A stretch of DNA of 63,958 bases, counting the filler, from Saprolegnia diclina VS20 (Eukaryota), in assembly GCF_000281045.1 (NCBI RefSeq). It is 9 parts of 3 records of this genome, joined end to end, with 100 filler letters (N's around TTAATTAATTAA, not from the genome) between each part and the next. Parts side by side here need not be neighbours in the genome. Positions count along the whole stretch, not along the records: positions 1 to 13,460 come from NW_008246094.1; positions 13,561 to 19,498 come from NW_008246094.1; positions 19,599 to 36,124 come from NW_008246094.1; 6 more parts are not named here. One strand, written 5' to 3'. Under the pieces are notes generated by a model. It made no database searches. It was not told where the DNA came from and was given only the letters and a program-made list of their open reading frames with translations. This document shows positions 11,235-22,721 of the stretch, piece by piece. Made by a program: the position numbers and the translations under genes. How positions within the stretch are numbered: the first letter of the stretch is position 1; each line of letters begins with the position of its first letter.

Positions 11235-11929
11235 AGTGAATGGACCGCTTGAGCTGGAAAAGGCAAAAGGAAAAGTGAGGTTGCAGCTTGAGCTTGTACA
11301 AGTGCATGGGTGCGAGGTGCTTGGGCAGGGGCAACTTCAACGTCGTCGCCACCTGGTAGCCCAATTGCTTGCGCTAGTTTTTGCTTTGACGTCGACAAGG
11401 TGTTCGCGCGGTCCGTATTACGAAGACCCTTTGGTTCCTATCACCGTGGTCCCTTCGTTGCGTGTCCCTCGCCGGCAGATGCAACCGGCTCTTCAGCACT
11501 GGCGCTTGCATTTTCCCCCGAAGTCGCAAGCCTAATTTTACACTAGCACTCTTTTGGTAGTTTGTCTACATCGATGGCCTCTTGCGATATTGATGACCGT
11601 GTGAGTTCATACCTTTTGATCGAGGAGCACATCCTACGGCCACTGCCAGCCGATGCACTCCGTCCCACGGAAATCTGATACGAGCGGTACTGGACGACAG
11701 AGAGTCGTCCACTTCGAAATCCAGTGGCCACCTAGCGCCGCTGGCGTCCCCAAGATGCTCGGAAGTGCCTTGCTTTGGTGTCGTGGTCACACACCCATCG
11801 ACGCCTTTTACGTCATTTGTGATGAGGAGACTCGCCAAGACGCGTATACAGTGACGAGGGCGACATCGCAGAGCGCACCCACTTGAGATCGTTCTGAAAA
11901 CACTCGGGATTTCTCTCACTCTGTGACGG

Positions 11930-12450
11930 GACAGTGGGATGTTGAAGTGCCTCTGATGTAGCTGGTCGCGTTGAGCCAACCCAATTGAAGGCTTCCGAAA
12001 TGTCCTCAATGTATAGCCTCCTCACGTTGCGCCGTCGTCCCGAGAGAACGTGCAGCGTGTCCCAGATAAGAGCATAGGACGGTTCTTTGCTGCTTGACAG
12101 CACCAAGCGGATCGTGATGGTCGTCGCCCGCTTTGCTTGAAACTTTGGACCAGCTTATCCTGAGCTAATTCCGTCAAGCGCCACGAATACGTATTGACGT
12201 AACCGCACTAAGCCTTGCGCTTGATGACAGTGGATACGAGTCGATGGGAAGGGACCGGTGGCCTCGAAACCACTGGCGTCACTCTCAGGTCTGCTGCTCC
12301 TAGATCTCTAGGCCGCACGCTACCGTATATGAATCGTATACCTGTCCCAGGTACTCTGCGGTTTCGGCAGGTTGGCAAAACAAGGTTATCCGCCCTCGTG
12401 TCAGTCGTGGAATTTGACCATACTGCGTGTTGAGAAACGTCCACAGCACT
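11930..12450 (-). pseudogene. Possible DIRS-type tyrosine recombinase relic
   Basis: Across frameshifts reads GHAARSLGTTAQRE / GGYTL / EDISEAFNWVGS / QRHFNIPL, resembling the HS.R...TS....G..ledI.kaagW.s..tF.rfY..pl tail. Confidence 0.3.
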
Positions 12451-13361
12451 CAATGCCTCGTCCCATCACTCGACGCTCTCTCCGCGGCGACCCTAAGTGT
12501 GCGCGCTACCTCGTTCCTTGCACACTCCCATGACACTAACGATACTCGGTTGATGCACGGTCTGCCTCTGAGTGCATTATGAAGTCCCTCCTCTTCATAA
12601 TTGCGAGCTAATGACTCATTTCAATGGCACCCAAACTCTCACCCACGGCTGCCAGGACGTCGTGGGGTTGCGAAGACCAATGAGTCACCGAGCGACCGTG
12701 TTTGTACTCGACACGGACAAGAAAACGACGAAGACGGCGTGTCGTGAAGCTGCGTTTGCTCGCCAAGCAGATAGTTGCATGCAAAAATGCATATAAGTGA
12801 GTGCGACAGGCGATCGTCACGTCTGTCCAAATCGAGATCGCAACAGCTTCCTCTCATTTCGGCGGTCCGCGCCGCGTGCACTGGTGGGGGGCTGGGCTTG
12901 TGCCTCGACGACCATGGCCTGTAGCACAACGCCGATGAGATGGTTTGCACGCCTCGTCGTATAAACGAGCCCATCGATGCGGACTGCTCAGCCTTTGGAT
13001 AGATGAGGATGGACATAGCCTCGTTGCAATTTCTCATTCGGCTTTCTTCTTTGGCGATGATCCGTCTCCCTTCTCTGACTCGCATGTAGCGCAACTTGCA
13101 ATACCCGACCATCACCTCGACGCCTACGGTGATGTGCGTCACATATACAATATGTCATCATTCTGGAGCCTGTCGGCGAAACCGGACGGGACGACGCTGT
13201 GACAATGTGTCAGACGAGCGGACTCCACCCTCAAAAGCTCCCTCAATGTGTCAGAAGAGTACGGCAGCCGTGATTGCAACGCGACCGACCAGGGTTGCGG
13301 CCCTCACAACCTCTTTGACCAGGTCTTTTTCACATTCATACTGGTATATTTAGAGACAAGG

Positions 13362-13460
13362 TTAGACCGCGGTCTGGTCCGGCGTCTTGTGGGTCTTGTA
13401 CGCAGGCTTCTCACCGGCCTTGGTAAAGAGCTGCTCAATGTCTTCGAGCACGAGACCCTT
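13362..13460 (-). CDS. Sugar porter transporter, copy 6; 3' end only
   Basis: Reads KGLVLEDIEQLFTKAGEKPAYKTHKTPDQTAV*, homologous to the KGLLLEDIELLF tail of the other copies. Cut by a linker. Confidence 0.85.
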   Translation of the reverse strand, partial: KGLVLEDIEQLFTKAGEKPAYKTHKTPDQTAV

Positions 13461-13560
13461 NNNNNNNNNNNNNNNNNNNNNNNNNNNNNNNNNNNNNNNN
13501 NNNNTTAATTAATTAANNNNNNNNNNNNNNNNNNNNNNNNNNNNNNNNNNNNNNNNNNNN
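13461..13560. other. Artificial contig linker (44N-TTAATTAATTAA-44N)
   Basis: Six-frame stop 12-mer at 13505. The same linker core occurs at 19543, 36169, 40648, 46220, 48383, 59333 and 61903. Confidence 0.97.
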
Positions 13561-13914
13561 ATGGTAGTCCGGCGACAGCCATGCACGAGGAGGATCTCGA
13601 GCATGTGCGACCCTTGGCGCTGCAATGCGAGAGCAATCGGCGACGTGCCGCATCTACACGCATCGATCAGATCCCATTGACGGTATGATACAAGCGTACA
13701 TGGTGAGCGCGTTCACATCGACGCGTGGGCTCGCGACGAGGAGACGGACGACGGCCATGTTGCCGTGGTAGACGGCAAAATGCAGCGCTGTCCAGCCGGT
13801 GCCCACGCGCGCGTTGGGGTTGCAAGCCGCATTGGCCAAGCAAGCCACAGTGGTGCCAACGTCGCCGGTCTTGGCGGCGGCCAAGAGCGCGCGCCGGTCG
13901 TCGCAGGCGGGCAT
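13561..13914 (-). CDS. Ankyrin-repeat protein (3' end cut by linker)
   Basis: LLAAAKTGDV...GWTALHFAVYHGNMAVVRLLV, then a 46-nt GT-AG intron and CGTSPIALALQRQGSHMLEILLVHG. Confidence 0.85.
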
Positions 13915-14178
13915 GGACACGTGGCTCGTTGTCCTTTCTTCTGTGCCAAGTGGTCGCGATACGCCAAGTTCACAACCGCCGTCGTGCCGCAGCTGCAAAT
14001 CTCGTTACAGGACGTTTGGCATCCTTCCAGTGGAGGAAGACGCGCTGCGCAAACGTACTTCTGGGCACAAGCGGGCGTGCCAGGAAGCCGCGCTGGCACC
14101 ATGCCCGCACACCATTACAATGTCGTACAGTATTCATGGAGAAACAGAAACACTATTTGGCAGTTGCGATCTTGCGCG

Positions 14179-17100
14179 ATGTTGGCCGCGGTGCAGACGA
14201 AGCGGTTCAAGTCGCTCGCGGGGACGCAGACCGTGGACCTCAGCGCGCTCGGAGGTACCAGCATCGTCTGCGTCTTTGGCCGCAACGGCTGCGGGAAGAG
14301 CTGCCTCGTGGACGCCATCGCCTTCGCCTTGGGCGCGCCGGCCAAGCAGCTCCGGGTCATGCGTCTCGACGAGCTCATCACGCACGGTGCGACCAAGCGC
14401 AGCACGTCTGTGGCGGCGACGCTCCATGATGGACTCTCGATTCGGCGCAAAGTCGTCGAGGGCGCGGGCCAGTCGACGTACGCCATGCGAACTGGCGACA
14501 GTGCAGTGTACGTCGCGTGCTCGGCCGACGCGGTCCGCAGCGCCTTGCAGATGCGAGGAATCAACATGGCGGTTCAAGACCGATTCATCATCCGACAGGC
14601 GTATGTGCTGGCGCTGAGATACGTGCGCTGACCCCGCGTAGCAACACGATCGCGGTCGCGCAGTACACGCCGCTGGAGCTCCTTGCCTTTTGTACGTGGG
14701 CGCAATACCATGGTAGGCTCATGGAGCTGTACAGGCGAGCACATCATGTACGCGTCAACATACATGTGGCAGCTAACGTGGGTTGCTTGCGGTCCAGTGG
14801 CACGACCAGCTATCGCCAGGAGGTGCCACTGCACATCCCCACATCTCTTGACGCGCGATCGACGACTAGATTGAGGCTCTGCAAGGCAAGATCGATGGAG
14901 ACACGGATGCGCTCGCTGCGCTGGAGGCCGCGACGGTCGACTTGCAGACGCGCCAGGACCGGTTGCAGCCCTTGGTGCGGATCGCAAATCTCTTGCAGCC
15001 GTGCGATGTCGTACAACGTAGGTCGATCAGTTTCTCGAATGGACGCACGCTTGGGGACATCTCGAGGACCGCCAAATGGCGCTCGCAGCACAGGAGCAAG
15101 ACGTGCTGCACACCCTTGTGACGCATCTGGAGACCCACGAGAGTGACGCGCTCAAGCGACGCGCCGAGTTGACAGCGTCGGATGCGAGCGACGCTGTTTC
15201 AGAAGGCGAGCTCCAAGGCATGCTCGCGCAGCACGAGCGCGCGCTCGGGGACGCCAACGACCGCCGGCGTGTCTTGGCGCGAAAAAGAACGCAAGCCGCC
15301 TCTAAGCTCGCGCAGGTCCGCGCAGATCTTGTCGTGCTCGCACGTGACGCAGACGCTGCGTCCACGGCGAGCGACCGAGTCGCCAAGAAGCTCCAAAGAG
15401 CCACCGCGTCCAAAGCTAAGGTGTGGATCCCATGGGTTCGGTATCCATATGTAGCGGAGTACATGGTAGTGCTTGCGAGACGTGGACGATGCGGAGGCGG
15501 TGGTCAGCACACTGCGCGCCGAGCAGGCAGAGCTTCCCGAGGCAGCCGACACAACGAGCAGTGCTGCTGTAGTCGAGTGGGTTGAACGCAAAGCCGAGTG
15601 CCGCGCAGCACTCGACCGATCGGTGGCGACGCTGGTTTGTTGGAGATTGTTGTATTTTGTTGTAATAACAGCCTCGGTGTAGGCGCGTCTTGAGGCGGAG
15701 AAGGCAGCCCTCACGGAAGCGCAGGATCTGTCGCAGCGTGCAGTCGCCTCCACGATCAAGGCGCTCCACGAAGCGGCCCTGCACCAGACATACGTGGCCA
15801 AGAACCTGGCGGCTGCGCAAGAACGTCTGAGCCTCGCTCAAAACGAATTGATTAACAGCGACACTACACTGCGCACCCTCGAGCATGAGCGGTGGCAGGT
15901 CCAAGAAGCCGCGCACGAAGCGTCAAGTGATGGGTTTCGCCGCGCTGTCGCAGTGCTGCAGCGGCAACTCGGTGGCGATGCTGTCTACGGTGTTCTCTGC
16001 GACCTCGCAACAGTTGATCCGTGTCACGCGGCTGCCGTCAACAGCGTCCTCCAGCGGCACTTGAAGGTCGTTGTCGTGCGCTCGCGTGACGTTGGGCTTG
16101 CGATCGTTGCGCACTTTCGCACAAACCGTCTCGGTCGGGTGACGTGCGCGATCGTCGACGAGGTTGCTGGGTCGTGCGCGGACGACGCACCAGACGCTGT
16201 CTGCCGTCTCGTCGCTTGTGACGACGCCGTCCGACCCATTTTTCACAAGTACTGTCAGTCGTGGAGCGTCGTGGCGACGTCGGAAGAGGCGCTGGCGCAC
16301 CCGCGGACGAAGAATGCCAACTACGTGACGCGGGATGGCAATTTGTTTCGAAGCGACGGCGAGATCCGAGTGACGGCGCGCAACGGCGCATCGGCATGGC
16401 GCATCCAGTCGAGTGCCGAGCGCGCGCCCGTCGCTTCCGACCCGCCGCTGCAGAAAGAACTTTGTCGGCTTGCTGGCCTCGTCAATGCAGCACGCAAGAC
16501 ACGATCGGTCCTCGAAGCCTCCCAAATCTCGGTGCGCAATCAGAACCTGCAATATACGCTGCTAATTTCGTGTCTAGATGCTCGCGGACGTGCAGCAATT
16601 GGACTCGGCGTTGACAACAGCCAAGGTGGCACACTCTCTGCGTTTCGTGGGTTGATTTTGTGTTAGACGTCCGTGACGACACTCGAGCGCACGTTAGAAG
16701 GGCGACGCGCCGACGTTCTTCGCCACGAGATGCAGCTGACGCGTCTCGGGCAATTACTGAACGTTGCGCTCGTCGATCGAGACCGCTGGACGCAAGCGTT
16801 GCGCCAACTCGACGCGAAGATTTGCATGGCAGCGCCCGACCACGCACTGATTGAGCGCCGCCACGCCTGCGCCACGCGGCTTTTGCAGGCCGAGCGCCAT
16901 CAAGAGCACGTGGTCAGCGAGCTCGAGGCGCTGCCGCGATGCATTGCGGCCTTGGAAGCACAGCAGGTGACGCCGCGATATGCGACTCCACGATCTCATA
17001 GCCATGTAGGTGCTTTGGAGCGACAAATCGAGTGCGATAGCGAGTCGAAAGGCGACGCTTCTCGATCGGCTCGAGGCGTTGACGGTAGCCATGGACGAGG

Positions 17101-18274
17101 CCGAAGCCTGTTGCGCTGCGCAGCGCACCGCCGCCGAAGCATCCCGGAGCGCTCTCGCTGCGACGCGCGCTGAGATGGACTGTCTGGCGCAGCGTCGAAA
17201 GACTTTGAACCAAGAACTTTCTCGTGTGCGTGCGAGCGTGGCGCAGATTCGCGTTGACATGGACACCTATCGCCATCGTCTCGGTCCGTGCGCAGATCGC
17301 GAGGCGAGCATGACGTTTCTGGAAGCAAAAGAGTCGTGGGCCGACGTCGTGGCGACGCGTACCCGTCTTTATGAAACACGCCGGTCGGTTCGTGACTGTT
17401 GACTTGCGTGTCGTCATCGAAGACGTAGGCTGCTCGAGCAGGAAAAGGCCACCATGTCCAAGGAGGTCCTCATTGAAGCAGCAGCCGTGCGTCACGAGCT
17501 GATGGACACCGAGGAACGCGCCAAGAATCTCGCCCAAGCGATTGCGACGACGCTGAAAGCCCGCAACCACCTCATGCACCAGCGGTGCGCTGATTGTGTG
17601 CTGTTGACGCGTGCTGATACATCATTCGAATTAGCTACGTGACGCTTACGGATGCACTCGCAACGCTCAACGTGCATTTGCCTGAGATGTATCGGTCCCT
17701 TTGCGAGGTAGACAGGTCCTTGTAAGCGGCGTTAGGTGCTAAACACGGGTAGGATGGCGACTGCTACCTCGGCTTCTCGCTCGACACGACCACGCTCTTT
17801 GGCGAAGGCATTACGTTCCATTGCAAACCCGACGAGCAGCAATGGCGTCCGGTGCGATTGTTTCTATTGCGTCGCGTTTCCGAAATGCGCTTGTAGTTTG
17901 GTAGCCTCTCGGGCGGCCAACAAGTGCTCTGCGCACTCTCGGTATTTGAACACGAGCGCGCATGCACTCATATCTCGGGTAGCTGCTGCTGTCGTTCCAG
18001 GCAAGTTTTGTGTGCCCCGTCTTCATCTGCGATGGTACGATTGCCATCGCGAATACTTGTGTTTCACTTTCATTTCAAAGAAATCGACGCGGCGCTGGAT
18101 ACGTACAACGTCGAGCGGCTCGGGAAGCTTCTGGTTGCGGCGGCGGCCAAGACGCAGTTTATCGTTGTGTCGCACCGCGCCGAAATGTGGAACCAGGCGC
18201 ATGCGTTGGTCGGCGTCTACAGCGTTGGTCGCGAGGGCAGCGCGATCCTCCCATGTCGCTTTCCTGCGCCGTAG
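14179..18274 (+). CDS. Divergent SMC-family ATPase (SMC4/SMC1-like), multi-exon
   Basis: FKS, Walker A GRNGCGKS, Q-loop FIIRQ, spliced CEHIIGT, hinge (VYGVLCDLATVD...TNRLGRVT), signature LSGGQQ at 17906, Walker B/D-loop DEIDAALD, H-switch QFIVVSHR. Confidence 0.9.
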
Positions 18275-18967
18275 TGTCGACGTCTTTATGCTCAATTAAG
18301 ACTCATTGATGGGCCTCGGAAGAATCAAAGGCGAGGGAGTGATGTTGGTTGTGGAGTCTTGTTTGCAATAGAACAAGTATTGTTCGGGAGCAAAACGTCA
18401 TTGTCAGCTGCTGCTGTGTGTTGAGCAGACGCTGTCTAACCTATACATATATTCCAACACCACCATCAGCGCCCAACATCCGACCACGAAAGTTTGATGG
18501 ATAAATCCGGCATCTAAACAGAGCATATATATGGCTTGTTCTCACCTGGGGATTGGTGTGGTGACTCAAGCTTGGCGAATTCAAGAGTGGTGTATTGGTA
18601 GCGTAGAATGCACCTTAGACATCGATAGAACACTAGTTTTGTAGAAGGATCGCGCGAAGAGGTGCGTCGAAGGGTCGTGGGTTGCCCAATGCAGGTCGAA
18701 GGGTCGAAAACCCAGAACATGGCTCTGTATGCCACCAATACAATTTGATAGGCCATAAATCTCGTTGTGCACCTCAAACGCCGACACGACGAAGCTGTCC
18801 ATGCTCACCGAGTGCTATTCTATCGCTGTGCCAAGCACGAGCGATTTCGTTTCCGAAAGTGATTTTGACGACACGCGCCCGCACAAGCAGCGGGGCCAAT
18901 TTAAAACTTCGTTCAAACTTCGCCTCAACTTCGAGACAGCAATTCCAATTGGTCAGAGATCTGCAAA

Positions 18968-19498
18968 GTCGTCCAGTCCGTACGTCTGAAGCTGTACGTC
19001 CGTGTCCGTCCGTTTTATTTACGCACACGGACGGACATGGCGAGGCTCCTCTGGAAACCGGACGGACATGGACGTACAAAAAAAGCTGGGATAAATATCG
19101 GACTGGACACGGACGTACACAGCAAATCAAGTGGACAGGAACTTTTGTCCGTACGTTTCGTCCGCAAATGTCCGAAGCAATTTCAGCGTCGAGGAGGACC
19201 AGGAGGAGAATGGGAGAGGACTGTGCGAGATTCCAACGACTGTGGAAGGGCTCCAATGACTATCGAATGCCTCTCCAGTCATGACGTTGAAGACGAGACA
19301 GGTCTAAGTATAATACTCTTCAATGAGCTCATTTTTCAATTCGACTGCGACCAACGACCATGATCCCGGGAGCCCGCCAAAGCACGATCCGCGACTTCGC
19401 GCCTCGAGTCGACCAGCTGGACGTCACGGACAACTGCGGACAGAACGGACCGTTCTGGACTGGACAAAATTCGGACGTACACGGACGGACAAAAAAAA
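18968..19498. mobile_element. Foldback-like non-autonomous element with CGGAC(T)GGACAYGGACGTACA repeats
   Basis: Units at 18993-19012 (reverse), 19028, 19059, 19099 and 19456-19491. The stretch ~19146-19174 is inverted relative to ~19427-19452. The right arm is cut by a linker. Confidence 0.55.
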
Positions 19499-19799
19499 NN
19501 NNNNNNNNNNNNNNNNNNNNNNNNNNNNNNNNNNNNNNNNNNTTAATTAATTAANNNNNNNNNNNNNNNNNNNNNNNNNNNNNNNNNNNNNNNNNNNNTG
19601 GACGATCGTATTATAATATTCTTGGTGTGGTGTTTTTAAAATGTATGACATAAACCATACCCTTTGTATATGGAATTGAACATTGTAAAATAATACGAAC
19701 AGCTATTAAATAAGATGGTTTTGATGCTTTGGATCCCATTATTGCCCGGTGGGAGCTCCCGGTGGGCATACCGGTAGCTCCGACATAGCCGACGCGTTC

Positions 19800-20030
19800 G
19801 ACAACGACGACGACGACTTCATCATCATTGCGACCTTGTCCTTGCTGCTCGTCCTCCTGCCCGAGAGCCGCCATCGTGGCCTCTTCCGCGCGCAAATGGA
19901 CTGGGCGGTCGACAGCTCAAGACTAATTCAAGCACGAGAGTTTGCGGGTACTCTTGGCATGCTGCCGCGCTCATTGTATTGCATTTTGGCGCCAATTGCG
20001 TGGGCTCTGGCCGCTCATTCGAATGCTGTT
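19800..20030 (+). pseudogene. Decayed PIF/Harbinger-like transposase N-terminus
   Basis: RHRGLFRAQMDWAVDSSRLIQAREFAGTLGMLPRSLYCILAPI resembles the FR.rl.W..h...L....eF....rM....F..l N-terminal pattern. No DDE region follows. Confidence 0.4.
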
Positions 20031-20735
20031 GTGCATCGCAGCCGTAATGCAATGACATGCCCTTTTCGCACTCGGTCATTGGTTGAGCAAGCACATGGTA
20101 AATTACTGTTAGGTTCACACCCATTTTGAGGTGCCATGGCTTGGTGCCATGGCACCGCCCAGGCCTGCACCGCCCGTGAACACTAAGCCTAAGAAGGAAC
20201 GAGTCGCTGCAATTTTCTGATCGTGTCTACAACTGTACTCGCTCCAGCCCACAAGAAAACATCCTCGCGTCATATTTGCTCGTGGACACAGAGTTCTTGA
20301 TAACATTGCTCGTTTGCATCTTACTCACGTTAGCAGATGGAGGCAACTAGACGCAACCGAGTCTGCCATTATTGAGCCAAGATACATGTAGTACTCTATC
20401 CAGGACATTGGATCACGTTGTCGCTCCCGATTATTGGCGAAAGATAGCTCAAACGATCACAGTACCAACGCTTGGTACATGTGTACTAGTACTAACGTTA
20501 GTATTTGTATTCCGGCAAAGGTCCAACCTAGACTCACACGGCCACGTCAAAATAACCCTACTAATGTTCGTAGATACAAGGAATAAACAAGTTGCCCTAT
20601 TCCCTTGGTAGATACTACGTCTAATAGCTAGCATAACTTTAGCATCACAATCCCATCGAAAAACGTGGTGCATCGCATACCAATCCGGATACGCCTTTGC
20701 ATTTACCGGATATCACAACGAGCAATCTCCGATCC

Positions 20736-22532
20736 ATGACCGACACGATGGCTGCCCTTGCCGCCATCCCGAGCCCCAGCGCCGGGGCGGAGCCTCTACT
20801 AGAGCGCTCTTCTCTTCATGGTCTCTCTAGTGATCGTGATCTGAACCTCGCGCATGCGAAGGAGAGCGCGCGAGTGGCGCCAACCTCAGGCATGGCCCAC
20901 GCCACGCTAGGTCACGCGCAGCTGGCCCTGCAGCAGTACCCGTCCGCAGTCCAGAGCTTCAAGAAGGCAATCGCGCTTGGGCTTGATGACCGTGCTACCC
21001 ACGATGCGCTCAAGCAGGCGCGTATCGGCGTTCTTGATGCACTTGGGACGGCCGACGCCGCGGAGTGTCCTCGACCGCCGCCTGTCGTCGCAACACCGCC
21101 ACCTCCCGCGCAGCCCTCTCCTGCGCGGGCTGGAGCTTTGGCACCAGGAAACTCGATGGCTTACGAGGTGGGCTGGCAATGTTTGCGCCTCTTTGGTCAG
21201 CACCTGCTGCGACAGTCGACGCCATTGCAGCTTGGGCTTCCGCTATTGTGTCTCGGCGTCGCATCGTGGCTCGTCCACAACTGGTGCGTCGCCCTTCTCG
21301 CCGTGTTCCTTGGCTATATTGCACTCTGGTTCCACTACAAGGTGCGCTGGCGGCGGCTTCACTGGCGCTTCTGGGTGCGGCTTCCATGGCTCGCGTATGC
21401 GCTACCGCTGCTTCTGCGGCTTCTCGGGCAGTACAAGCTCTTTGTACTTGTGCATACTGCATGGCCTGTCGCGTGCACCGTCGCAATGACTTGCGCGTTG
21501 ACAACGTCGCCGCGAGTCCGCATGTGTCTTCTCCACGGCTCCGTCTTTCTCTACTACGTGGTGTGGGAACGAAACACGCACGACTTGGCTCGGTTTCTGG
21601 CGCCGCTGGCGCTCGACTCGGCCGGGTACTGCCTCGGCCAGGTGTCGACCGCCGACGTTCGGGTCGCTGCACAAGCCGCTGTCACTGCGACCGACGTTTC
21701 GTCAATCGATCTCACGGGAATGCAGGCGCTGTACTTTCTGCGATGGGCGCTCGACTATTGGCAGCAGCCAACGACGTTTACGTATACCGAACTCCTCGCG
21801 TCCGTCGTCGCGTCGCACGACGCTGCACTGCGATGGCTCCACCCGCAGCTTCGAGAGATTGCTACGGAGGTCGACACGACCACCTTGGCTGCGTACCTCC
21901 GTCTTGTGCTACAAGCGCTGCAACCGCCCAAAGCCGTTGCCATCGCTCGTACGTGCCGGTCTGCCACGCGTCGGCTCACTTGTGTGTAGTCACAATCTGT
22001 CGAGACGGCTCGAGTGTCCTACTGACGGCGCTTTTCCTGCTACGGGGTACGGTACCCATTGCGTTGGCTCCGTTTGCATATGCACAGTGGCCCGCCCTCG
22101 TCGAGCTACGAACGCTGTGGCGCGAAGGCAGTGCCGACTGCGACAGCCTCGACTGGATCCTTCTGCGCTCACCACTGCTTGGCGTCTGGACCAACGTCAA
22201 GGCCGGTGTGTACTGCCTCGAATGTGGCGCGCAGGCAGCACGGGCTGTAGCCGCGACAAGTGCCGCCGCGACGGTCGCTCTCAAGCTCCGGTATCGAGCC
22301 ACCGTTTTGTTTGGAGATGCAACGCATCTGTAGGTCGCTGGTCGCAGCCGTCGGGAAAGCGCGTGCCGAGGGATGGAGCGCGCACTGGGATACCGTGACA
22401 GACTCGGTCTTCTCCATCTATGCGGCGAGGTAGGCAAGCTTCAATGCAAGCTTTTCAAACTTGGGATGTAGGGAGTCGGCGGCACATGTTTGGACGTACG
22501 TCTGGCAACGCGTATGCCACCAGCACCAATAG
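20736..22532 (+). CDS. TPR-containing multi-pass membrane protein
   Basis: TPR-like AHATLGHAQLALQQYPSAVQSFKKAIALG, Pro-rich linker and several hydrophobic helices. Three short introns near 21950, 22291 and 22430 give a continuous frame to TAG at 22532. Confidence 0.7.
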
Positions 22533-22721
22533 CCGTGGCGTTAACGACAGCCCATACAACCAGAAAAATGTGGGCCATCCGCGCACTGTTTCATCCCACA
22601 AAACCCGGACCATGGAAGTCAAAACTCTCAGTTCAATGCTCTTAATGAACCGAGTAAGACGAGTAAATAAAGCCTGTGCACGTAGCGCGCCCACGACCGT
22701 ACCGAAGACGACGGATTGGTG

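Noticed and set aside
10146..11252. Long antisense or alternate-frame ORFs over transporters, GSTs and others (e.g. 2249-3106, 6011-6769, 33469-34230, 36229-36957)
   Set aside because: These are shadow ORFs caused by high GC3 codon bias in the real genes.
13505..13516. TTAATTAATTAA as a biological repeat or piggyBac TTAA site
   Set aside because: It is always centred in 44N+44N, so it is an assembly spacer.
18968..19498. CRISPR-like array
   Set aside because: The units have mixed orientation and irregular spacing, there are no cas genes, and the context is eukaryotic.
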